Shown in pieces: positions 46,618 through 56,300 of a stretch of 64,000 nt of DNA. A program made the position numbers and the translations under genes. The stretch is taken from positions 232 to 64,231 of the IMG/VR virus record IMGVR_UViG_3300021400_000239. One strand, written 5' to 3'. Positions within the stretch are counted from its first letter, which is position 1; each line of letters begins with the position of its first letter. This DNA comes from a virus. Taxonomy: Duplodnaviria; Caudoviricetes. The notes beneath the pieces are model-generated. The model was not told where the DNA came from, made no database searches, and worked only from the letters and a program-made list of their open reading frames with translations.

Positions 46618-47604
46618 TCAAGCGAGATACTGAGCAAGTTCGGCGATGGTATTTTCAAGTCGTGTTGTATACTTAGAAGGCTCTTTATTCTGAAGATAGT
46701 TCTGCATTGCGGCAATAACAATTACAATTTCATTCGCATCGGGACGCTTCTTTCTCAGAACGAACTCATCTGTCGTGCCGAGTTCACGGAAGGGGAAGAA
46801 GATAATTCCATTAGAGATTGCCGCCTTTTTAGCAATCTTGCTAAGAATGTATGTTTCAATGATAGCATCATCAAGAGCAGTGTGTGCTTCATCAAAATCA
46901 TACTTGTCGGTCAGATAACGATAAGACGCTTCTGCGCTTGTCTTGAAGAATGTTCCGCTTGCGGTGAGCATATCATTCTGAAGGCACTGCTTCTTGTAGG
47001 TAGCATTGTTCAGAAGATGCTTTGCGGCAAGTCCCCAAAGGTCAAACAGAGGGAAGACTTCACCATGGAAACGGAAGATATCTGCTTCAAAATCTTTATC
47101 GGGGTCTTTCTGATAGCGTTCATTTGCGATTTTAGCACACAGATAACGCTGAGACTGTTCCCATTCAAAATAATCAGGGCTATACAGTTTATTGATATAG
47201 AGGTCAGTGAAGGGAATTGCTTTCTTAAAGTCGAACATACTATTGTATGCTCCGACCGCATCAACCGTGCGGAAATCTTCCATCATAATTTCAACAACTT
47301 CGCGCCAAGGCTTGATAACGGTCTTCTTTTCTTCAAGCATCTTCAAATAGATTGGGCGCTTTTCCGCATAATATGCGGTATTGAATACGGCAGGGACAGA
47401 GAAAGTTTCGGCGATAAGAAACTGTTTCTTATCCAGGAGTTCACCCTTGCGATTTGTGATAGTCCATCCAATATCATAGATGAGCGGACGGGCGATAGCA
47501 ATCTTCTTTTTCTTTTCCGGGTCATGGTTGGCGACTTCATCGGCGAACGGGAGGGTAGCGGACTCACAGTCAAGGGTAGCATAACGATTTTCTCTACGGG
47601 CCAT
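46618..47604 (-). CDS. DEDDh 3'-5' exonuclease-family protein
   Basis: LDCES, YDIGW, AYNSMFD, FDLWG, EAHTALDD motifs. Confidence 0.85.
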   Translation of the reverse strand: MARRENRYATLDCESATLPFADEVANHDPEKKKKIAIARPLIYDIGWTITNRKGELLDKKQFLIAETFSVPAVFNTAYYAEKRPIYLKMLEEKKTVIKPWREVVEIMMEDFRTVDAVGAYNSMFDFKKAIPFTDLYINKLYSPDYFEWEQSQRYLCAKIANERYQKDPDKDFEADIFRFHGEVFPLFDLWGLAAKHLLNNATYKKQCLQNDMLTASGTFFKTSAEASYRYLTDKYDFDEAHTALDDAIIETYILSKIAKKAAISNGIIFFPFRELGTTDEFVLRKKRPDANEIVIVIAAMQNYLQNKEPSKYTTRLENTIAELAQYLA

Positions 47605-48156
47605 ATCTAATCAATTCCTTTCTGGTTTTTAAGTGTTGCCTTCACTTTATGGGTAGATTATACCATCGGTTATGGTTGCTGTCAAGCGGCATTATTAGAT
47701 GTAAAACATCTAAAATAGAAAAATGGGGCAAAGCCCCATTCTTTATTCATCTTCCACTTCGGTAATGCCTTCAACTTCACAATAGCGCGTGAACATATCA
47801 CGGGCGAATTCTTCAATAGCATCAAGGTCAATTTCTTCTCCGAGTTCAACTGCGCTCTGGATTGCGGAAAAAGCAACAATACTCATCATGTGGTCTGCGG
47901 TGTTCATACTAATAGTCATAATAAAGTCCTTTCTGGTTTGAAGTGTTTTCCTTCACTATATCTTAGTCATCAAGCATGTTTTCAACTTTTTGAACAGCGA
48001 GAATTGCTTCATCAATCAAATGCTCACGTTCATCTGTTAATTCGCATTCGTCATCAATGGCTCTGCTAATATGGTTAAGAAAATTATAAACATTTGTAAA
48101 CTGATCAAGTTCATCTTTTGTATAAATCAATATTTTTTTCATATTTATATCCTTTC

Positions 48157-48555
48157 TTACTCCGAGACTTCATTGGGAAGAGGCTGATTCTCTGCCTCTT
48201 CCTTTTCCTTGGCGCGTCTTGCCTTATCCTTGGCAATCTTTTCTGCCTTGGCCTTGGCCTTTTCTGCCTTGGCATCCTGCTTTGCCTGATAGGCATTGAT
48301 TTCACTCTGCATGAGTTCTTCGGCAGTCATGTCCTCACGCTCTTCGGCAACGATAGCCCCAATGCGAACATAACGCTTGTGGCCATTCAAGTCGGTCATA
48401 ATGATACCAAACTGACGGTCATTGACCTTGTCAAAACGAGAAACCTTGTCTGCTGCTGCGTTGGAATCATCAGCATCAAACCAATTGGAGAAAACGAACT
48501 GGAACGCATTCAGACGCAGAGTAGAATCAACAACAGTCTTAGAAATCTGAGCCAT
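48157..48555 (-). CDS. Hypothetical protein with a Lys/Ala-rich tail (resembles the 49897/52832 family)
   Basis: 'DLNGHKRYVRI' vs 'DAEGNERFVVF'; KAEKIAKDKARRAKEKE tail. Confidence 0.6.
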   Translation of the reverse strand: MAQISKTVVDSTLRLNAFQFVFSNWFDADDSNAAADKVSRFDKVNDRQFGIIMTDLNGHKRYVRIGAIVAEEREDMTAEELMQSEINAYQAKQDAKAEKAKAKAEKIAKDKARRAKEKEEAENQPLPNEVSE

Positions 48556-48724
48556 AATTTTTTCCTTTCTGGTTTGGGTTGTTTTCCTTCAACTTTCAAT
48601 GATATTATAATTCATTTTAGGAAAATGTCAAGCATTAACTTTTAGATGTTTAACATCTAAAATATAAGTTGACATTTCTTTTGAAATGGTATATACTATC
48701 GGTGTTGAAAGGAAGGTGCCAATT

Positions 48725-49225
48725 ATGAGAAATAGCTATGAAATCCGTGCTGAAAAGTTCATCCATCAGATTTTTGATTATATTGTGAATTGTATTAATG
48801 AAGAACAGTTTGAGGAAGCTGTTGCTTGGTTTAATTTTACCCATCATCGTAATGTGCGTTTTGCTCATGGTCTTACTCGTGTATGCTTTATCACTTCTGA
48901 CTATGTTGTGAAGTACGATTTTGGAACTTATCGTGATGCCCGTGAGTTTGGCACTTGTAATGATGAAGTCCGTATGTATGCTATTGCCGAAAGGGACGGC
49001 TTCGCGCATCTGCTTGCTAAGCCTACAATGGTTGAGTATATGGGACATTCATTCTGTATTATGCCCCGTATTTATGGGATTGGTAAGTATGATGAAGATG
49101 TGGGTTGGTTTCTTGAAGGCGCAGAATATGATTGGGTTAATGAACATATTTATGATTGCCATAATCAGAATTATGGTTGGAAAAATCATCATCCTGTTAT
49201 CTTTGACTACGCCTGTTGCTCGTAA
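48725..49225 (+). CDS. Inverted unit 3: minimal protein-kinase-like (PKL/APH) fold protein
   Basis: G.TR...DYVVK, E..MY, DCHNQNYG, VIFDY motifs; promoter TTGACA at 48669. Confidence 0.65.
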   Translation: MRNSYEIRAEKFIHQIFDYIVNCINEEQFEEAVAWFNFTHHRNVRFAHGLTRVCFITSDYVVKYDFGTYRDAREFGTCNDEVRMYAIAERDGFAHLLAKPTMVEYMGHSFCIMPRIYGIGKYDEDVGWFLEGAEYDWVNEHIYDCHNQNYGWKNHHPVIFDYACCS

Positions 49226-49288
49226 GAGCAACCTTTTATTATTAGATGTATAACATCTAAAATAGAAAGGTAATGGGAATAAATCCCA

Positions 49289-49785
49289 TTATCTCATATC
49301 AACAACCATGAAGTCATCATTTTCCCAAATCTGACCGTAGTTCTTATCTACAAAATCAAACTTTTCTTCTTTTGCTTCGGTAAGCAAGGCCGCCATGCGG
49401 TTCTGGAGTTCTTCCTTCTTTGCTTTGCGGGCGCAAATAGCGCGAAGTTCGGCGATGATATCACGAAGTTCCTGTGTGGTCATGATGTCGGTATCAATAA
49501 TAACTTTTCCAATTCTCATTTTTATACTTCCTTTCATTAATCAATGGGGCGGTTCAATTCTACTTCTTCAATGTAATAAACGCAAGGTGCTATATAATCA
49601 TTACCTAATGTCTCGTATTCATAGCCATCAAAAGTAAATTCAAACTTTTTCATTTCCTCTTCGGTGTAATCCTCTGCTACACGCTCAAGAATTGCTTTCT
49701 GTGCTTCGGCGAGAGAAGAATAAACTCCGTCGCCCCAATGCTCATAAGGTTCAATAATGAATTCTTTTACTGTAAATACCGTCAT
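49289..49785 (-). CDS. Two unit genes (49289-49519, paralog of 54671-54925; 49537-49785)
   Basis: 'IDTDIMTTQELRDIIAELRAICARK' vs 'FDTDDLSIEELDQIITGLRKIRARK'. Confidence 0.6.
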
Positions 49786-49896
49786 CTCTCACATCTCCTT
49801 TCGACATGATGAATTATAGCATAAGATGAAAAAGAAGTCAAAGCAATTATTTAGATGTTAAACATCTAAATAATATTTCGGGATTAAATCCCGAAA

Positions 49897-50187
49897 TTAT
49901 TTTTCTTTCTTTTTCTTTGCCATCTTTTCTTCAAATTCTTCCTTATACAGTTCTGCGTTGGCATATCCATCATAAGGAATATATCCACCTTCGCCATTAC
50001 GAGTACCGCGAGGAGTAGAAACTTTAATAACGATCCATTTCTCGTTTCCTTCTGCGTCTACGCAAGGAATAGCAAGTTCATTAGCACTTACGGGAAGTAC
50101 ATCAGTGTCATACTGCTTGGACAGAAGTTCCTGAATAGAATTGAGATATTCAGAGCGCAGAAGAGCTTCAAGCTGAGTTTTATTCAT
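49897..50187 (-). CDS. Hypothetical protein, paralog of 52832-53197
   Basis: Shared 'NELA.PCVDAEGNE....KVS.PRGTRNG.G..PYD.YA.AE.Y'. Confidence 0.75.
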   Translation of the reverse strand: MNKTQLEALLRSEYLNSIQELLSKQYDTDVLPVSANELAIPCVDAEGNEKWIVIKVSTPRGTRNGEGGYIPYDGYANAELYKEEFEEKMAKKKKEK

Positions 50188-50480
50188 TTACTTTCATCCT
50201 TTCATTAATCGTTAAGGAACATGTAAGAAAATATAAGAAGCATAAAGCCAACTATCACAAGGAGAAGAAACGCAGGAATAAATACTCCCCAGATAAGTCC
50301 CCAAAGCATCAGAATTCCGGCAAGGGCATCTGCTATGTTCATACCGCCATCTCCTTCCTTTTGACAAATATATTATAACATAATTTTGAAAAAAGTCAAT
50401 TATTAAATTAGATGTTTAACATCTAAAAATTCTATTGCTTTTTTCTTGGAAAGTGATATAATACGCATGAGGTGATAAAT

Positions 50481-50954
50481 ATGAAGCGGTTGACAGTGAT
50501 TAGGCGGTTCGTTTCAGAAGTGGCATGTGAGAAAGTCGGATTGACAGATGATGTTGAATACTGTGCTATGGCGACATTTTCGGGAAGAAAGCACTATAAA
50601 AAGCCGACTATCGGAGTGCCAAAAGATAATTTGATTTGTGAATTACAAGATGAAACCACTAAGATTTTTCGTAGAAATTTTACAAGTAGATATTCTGGCG
50701 CAAAAGGCTTTGCCAATATCACTTTGGTGCTATTACATGAAGTTGGGCATTTGAAAACAAGCGAAGAGTTCTGGGGAAATGAAGAAGCAGAAATGCTTGA
50801 CATGATGATGCGAAGCGCAGTAGAGACACAAGAAGAGTATATGAAAATTCCGTCTGAATATGGCGCAACCGAGTGGGCTATTGGGTGGCTACAAGATGCG
50901 AACAATCGTTCACTCGCAAAACAGTTTGAACGGCAGTTCTTCAATGCGGAGTAA
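50481..50954 (+). CDS. Inverted unit 4: HEXXH zinc-metallopeptidase-like protein
   Basis: LLHEVGH...SEYGATEWA; promoter, GAGGTG RBS, hairpin AATGCGGA/TCCGCATT. Confidence 0.65.
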   Translation: MKRLTVIRRFVSEVACEKVGLTDDVEYCAMATFSGRKHYKKPTIGVPKDNLICELQDETTKIFRRNFTSRYSGAKGFANITLVLLHEVGHLKTSEEFWGNEEAEMLDMMMRSAVETQEEYMKIPSEYGATEWAIGWLQDANNRSLAKQFERQFFNAE

Positions 50955-51027
50955 ATCCGCATTCTTTTACTTTTAGATGTTTTACATCTAAAATTAAATA
51001 AAAGAAAAAAAGGGGATATATCCCCTT

Positions 51028-51792
51028 TTATTCTTCTTCAACTCCAGTGAAGTTGATAACATCTTTGCGAGTAATCTTTTTCAGATACGTGCCCTTAAAC
51101 ACAACTTCTTTATCAAACTTAATCGTGAAGGGCTTGGGCGCGACCCGTTCCAAAATGCGCTTTACTTCATAATCAGTATTCCACTTTGCGCCGAGAGTAT
51201 CAATACAATAAATCAGAATAGCGGTTTCAATGTCTACATCATACAGACCCATATGCGCTTCTTCAAAAGTATCATCTTCGGCAATATACCTATAAACAAC
51301 TTCTGCGCTTCCTTTGTAGTTGCCTGTATCAGTAAAGTAATTATTAATCTCGCAATAGTGCTGATATTGTGGAGTATTTGTAATGTATTGCGAAGCATAG
51401 CCCCAAATATCATGGATAGCGATAGTATCAAAAGGATTAATACACTTGAACCAGTCGCAATTAAAGGAGATAACTTTGTCATCAAAATTGGAGTTGTAGG
51501 CATACGCATCAGTGATACCATACTTCTGAATATCACGGTGAATCTCACGCATTACATAGCCCCACTTGTCCATCGTGGCCTTGTGCTGGCGCATAAGCTG
51601 AACATACTGAGGACGCTTCTGGGCATAGTATGCTGATTCAAACAGCGGAAGGTTGTGCCAAATCTGCTCAATGACAAAGTGCTTGCGCTCAACCGTCATG
51701 TGCTGACAGGTGTCATACACGCAGTATCCGATATCATAGCAAAAGGGCTTGTCCAGACCAGTAGTTTCCGTGTCCATAATCATTACATTCAT
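51028..51792 (-). CDS. DEDDh 3'-5' exonuclease-family protein, paralog of 46618-47604
   Basis: MDTETTG, YDIGY, AYNSNFD, HDIWG, EAHMGLYD. Confidence 0.85.
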   Translation of the reverse strand: MNVMIMDTETTGLDKPFCYDIGYCVYDTCQHMTVERKHFVIEQIWHNLPLFESAYYAQKRPQYVQLMRQHKATMDKWGYVMREIHRDIQKYGITDAYAYNSNFDDKVISFNCDWFKCINPFDTIAIHDIWGYASQYITNTPQYQHYCEINNYFTDTGNYKGSAEVVYRYIAEDDTFEEAHMGLYDVDIETAILIYCIDTLGAKWNTDYEVKRILERVAPKPFTIKFDKEVVFKGTYLKKITRKDVINFTGVEEE

Positions 51793-51928
51793 ATAAGTAC
51801 CTTTCTGGTTTGATTTGTGGTATCCTTCCACTTCATTGTGTTCCGAGGAACAAGTGTATTATAGCATGTTCTGGGAAAAATACAAGAAGAATATTTAGAT
51901 GTTATACATCTAAGAAATAAAAATGGAA

Positions 51929-52378
51929 TTACTCCGCATGGAGTAATTCCGCCAGAACTGACAGAATGTCAGAAGGTTCATATGCTTCGCCAGTCCAGTC
52001 GTTTCTGATTTCTTCATTATCATCAAACAGAATGTCATTTTCTGTTTTCAGGAAACTTTGCTTTGGCGTGCCATAGTCTACAATTTCCATGATATCAAAT
52101 GAAACTGAAGCCAGATGCTGATGAAGCCAGTCCATTTTTGCGCTTGCTACTGCTTCATTGTATTCAGCGTTTCCATCCTTAGAAGTCCAGCTGATGATAC
52201 CGATGCCGTAGCCATGACTTTGGAGCTTATTCAGATACCGAGCAAGCAGACTCATGTTCAGCATAACGGCCGCTTCTTCGTAGGGCGTGGGGTCAAAAGC
52301 ACGCAGACGGGGAAGCCAATTCTCTACCGAATACAGGTCGGCGATTGTTCCATCCATATCAAACCAAATCATTCTCAT
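51929..52378 (-). CDS. HAD-family phosphatase (5'(3')-deoxyribonucleotidase-like)
   Basis: FDMDGT motif I, IIS, K, LFDD motif IV. Confidence 0.8.
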   Translation of the reverse strand: MRMIWFDMDGTIADLYSVENWLPRLRAFDPTPYEEAAVMLNMSLLARYLNKLQSHGYGIGIISWTSKDGNAEYNEAVASAKMDWLHQHLASVSFDIMEIVDYGTPKQSFLKTENDILFDDNEEIRNDWTGEAYEPSDILSVLAELLHAE

Positions 52379-52506
52379 TTTCTTTCTCTCTCTTTCTGTT
52401 CCCTTGGAACGAGTATATAATAGCATAATTTTGGGAAAAGGTCAAGTAATAAAATTTAGATGTTTAACATCTAAAAATCATAATCAAATGCGGCAAGGCC
52501 GCATCT

Positions 52507-52701
52507 TTACCTATCTACAAGAATCTTGATAATTGCCACAATAAGAGCAATCAGCAGAACAACGCTCCATGTAATCCACAACGGCGCGAGAACCCAAATC
52601 CAACTCCAATTGATAACGCCGCAAAGTTTAAGCACGATGAAAGCAATAGTGAGCAGTCCGAAGAAACCAATTCCATTGTTCTTAATTGTCGTGTTTTCCA
52701 T
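52507..52701 (-). CDS. Small two-TM membrane protein
   Basis: GIGFFGLLTIAFIVLKLCGVINWSWIWVLAPLW. Confidence 0.7.
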   Translation of the reverse strand: MENTTIKNNGIGFFGLLTIAFIVLKLCGVINWSWIWVLAPLWITWSVVLLIALIVAIIKILVDR

Positions 52702-52831
52702 TTTAATTCCTTTCTGGTTTTATGGAGTATCCTTCTCCTTTCAACACCGATATCATATCATAGTTTTAGGAATTGTGCAAGTATATATTTTAGATGTTAT
52801 ACATCTAAGAATTAAGAAGAAATGAAACCGC

Positions 52832-53197
52832 TTACGCGGTTTCCTTTTCCTTTTCCTTTTCCTTTTCGGCGCGCTTCTGCTTATCGCGCTCAATCTTCTC
52901 CTGCTTCTTCTTTTCGGCGGCGGCCTTCTTTTCCTTCTTCTCCTCTACTTCCAGTGCGTATGCTTCAGCTGCGGCATACGCATCATACGGGTCATAGCCG
53001 TTGCCGTTGCGAGTGCCACGAGGGATAGAAACCTTAAAGACCACAAAGCGCTCATTGCCCTCAGCGTCCACGCAGGGAACGGCCAGCTCGTTGGAGCTTA
53101 CAGCGAGAGCATCAGCATCGCAAGCATTGGACAGGGCATTAGACAGGATAGTAAGATACTGTTCACGCAGAGCATTCTCAAGTTCGGTTTTAGTCAT
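52832..53197 (-). CDS. Hypothetical protein, paralog of 49897-50187
   Basis: Same shared motif as 49897-50187; Lys/Glu tail. Confidence 0.75.
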   Translation of the reverse strand: MTKTELENALREQYLTILSNALSNACDADALAVSSNELAVPCVDAEGNERFVVFKVSIPRGTRNGNGYDPYDAYAAAEAYALEVEEKKEKKAAAEKKKQEKIERDKQKRAEKEKEKEKETA

Positions 53198-53336
53198 AAT
53201 TTTACCTTTCTGGTTTGTGAGGTGTCCTTCCTCTTTACAGTTAGTATTATACTCTGATTCGGGATAAAGTCAAGTATTAGTTTTTAGATGTTTTACATCT
53301 AAAAATTAAAATAAAATAAGTCGGATGCTATCCGAC

Positions 53337-56300
53337 TTATCGTTCCAAAATATCATAAATCTTCAAAATCTGCTCAACAGTAGGAATATCCTTGTCTCTA
53401 CAAGTAATAGTGAAACGGATGGTATCAGAAGAGATACTAGGCTTGAAATCTTCAACGCTACATCCAACGCGATCGACAACGGTATTCATAATATACCGTC
53501 CAATCTGGTTGCGAGGAACATAATAGCTACGAGTAATCATCTTTCAATCCTCCAATTCAAATTTTGATAATTCGTTGGCAATAATTTGATTTGCCCAAAT
53601 TAGTCTTTTATAAAAACTAAAATCATCGGGAGCATCGGCGAGTAATTCTATTAAAGCTTTGTGGAGTTCTGCTTTTTCTTTACGCTGTTCTTGCGTCATT
53701 ATTCCCAATCCTTTCCCTTATACTTCGGTTTCTTAAAACGCTTGTCTGGAATAACTTTAGTCGCGGGATTTACATTGCCCCAAGTTTTACGCTCGCTCTG
53801 GAATACTTCCACCCAAGTTTTGGTTTTCTTGGTCTTTTTCATTTTCAACCGCTCCTTCTTATCAATCAAGTGGCGCTTCAATCCAACTGTATTCGCCCCA
53901 TTCGCCATAGTCAAGAATCCATTCAATGTAATCTTCCCATGCCTGTTCCCGTTCATCTTCCGCATATTCGCGGTCTTCTGTCCAGTAGAGAAAGTCTCGT
54001 TCTTCAGAATAATAATGGTCGTTCATATACTTATGGCACTGCTGACGAATGGGTTCAATAGAGGTATAAACATGGTAGGGTTCACCCTGATAGGACAGAA
54101 CATATACAACTTTACTCATACTCAATTGCTCCTTTCCTTATTGACAAGATAATTATAACATAATTTAAGTAAAAGTCAAATATTTATTTAGATGTATAAC
54201 ATCTAAAAAAATATAAAGTTGGCGCATATGCCAACTTTAACAGTCATCAGTATAGCAGCCTGCATACGGGTCAAATCCCATTTCAATATCGTATTCCGGT
54301 TCTTCATATCCAAAGTGTCCCTTAGCCCATTCAATTTCTTCTTCTGAGAAATCTTCTTTCTCATCACTGGGCGCATCAGCTTGTTCCCATTCTTCCCAGC
54401 TTGTCCATACACTAAGCCAGTCCTCACAGTCCTCGCAAGGGTCATCAACATGGCATACGCAATTCTTGTCGCAGTAGGGGCAATCCCAACCGTTCACGGG
54501 GCAATAGGTGAGTTCACCGTTATAAGTTCCGGCCTTACTATCTCTCATTTTAGTCCCTCCTCTGTTCCTCTTGGAACTGTGATAATGATATCATACTTTG
54601 ATAGAAAAAGCAAGAGAGTATTTTAGATGTACTACATCTAAAATGGAAGAAGCTGGGAAACCCAGCTTGCTTACTGAACCATGATTTCCATCAGCGTACC
54701 GTCGTAGTTTTCCAGCCCATAAACGCCCAGATGCAGCTCGCGTGCTTCCGCCAGCAGCTCGTTGAACTGGTTATTCAGCTCCTGCGCACGATGCTTGCGC
54801 GCACGAATCTTACGCAGACCAGTAATAATCTGGTCAAGCTCTTCAATGGAGAGGTCGTCGGTATCAAAAGACACAACAGCGGACACGGGGTTAACGATTT
54901 CACTCAGTTTCTTTTCGGGTTTCATAATCTTACTTCCTTTCGTGAGGTGATGGTTATATTATACTCAGATTTTAATTTTTGTCAAACATTTATTTTAGAT
55001 GTAATACATCTAAAAATTATACACGGGATATTATCCCGTGGAGTTTTACTTCCAAATTGTTTTTCCGTTCTCAGTAAACAATGACTGATTGCGGTCAACG
55101 CGCTTGCGCAGATAGGGCGGAATTTTCTTTGTTCCATTGTATACAGCTACCAGCTCACGGAAGGTAGTTACATACATTGTAATAACTTTCAGCTTGTCCT
55201 CTGTTTTTACCAGCGTAATACCAGTGTCGGTGATACACAGATACACGCCGTTCTGATACTTTTCGCGCACAACCTGCCCCAAGCCAATATCATTGATGAT
55301 ATGCTGTACTCGGTTCGCTCTCTGTACTTCACAGTGATAAGTCATTGTTGTCATGGTTCATACCTCCTTTTGATGTTGTAAGTATATCATAAAATGGGAA
55401 AATTGTAAAGAGTAATTTTTAGATGTTTTACATCTAAAAACTATAATGAAATAAGCGCCAAGGCGCTTATTTTACATGATTTCATCAAAAGCTGCTTCAA
55501 GCCAATCATCATTTACCATGCTTGCAAAATCGGATACCAGCTTGCGCAGAATAGTTCCAGCCTGCTCTTCATCCATCTTGGTCAAATCCAACCCAGTATG
55601 CTTTTTCAGCTGTCGCATCAGGAGCTTAAGCATATCGCAGTAAGTGTATTCCTTCTCGTCCTCGTCAAAGTAAACAGTCGCATTGAGTTCCATATTTTAG
55701 TCCTTTCTGGTTTGGGAGGTTGTCCGTCCTCTTTACAATTAGTATTATATTCATTTTAGGAAAAAAGTCAAGTAATATTTTTTAGATGTATAACATCTAA
55801 AATTATAATGAAATAAAGGGATTTCTCCCTTTATTTATTAATCCAAATATCCATGGAGTTCTACATATGAAATTCTATTATTAATAGGATTAATAGTGCG
55901 CTGTGCTTTCCGCCCCAGCCTTTCTTCCAGCTTGGCGAGTTCTTCTTCAGCTTCCTTTACGGACACAGTGTTAGCAAGTTCCAGCTTGCAGTCCTCTACG
56001 CATACGTAGATAGTAGCGCAAGAGATAGAAGGCTTGTCTTCGAAATAGGTAATCATTACACTCATATAAGTATTATACTTCATTGCCGTTTCTCCTTTCG
56101 TGTCCCTCTTAGGAACAACTATATTATACTCCAATTTGAAAAAAAGTCAAATGTTATTTTTAGATGTATTACATCTAAAAAATATAAAAGGGGAAAATTC
56201 CCCTTTTATCATTCAATTTCACCAGTATAAATATTATACTTGACATTATCATTATAAATCTTTTTTGCCAACTGGTAAGTCATGCCGCGCTCGCGCATGA

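Noticed and set aside
40824-47610. Long antisense ORFs such as 40824-41456, 41296-41916 and 46882-47610
   Set aside because: They are shadows of better-supported opposite-strand genes, and they lack RBSs and motifs.
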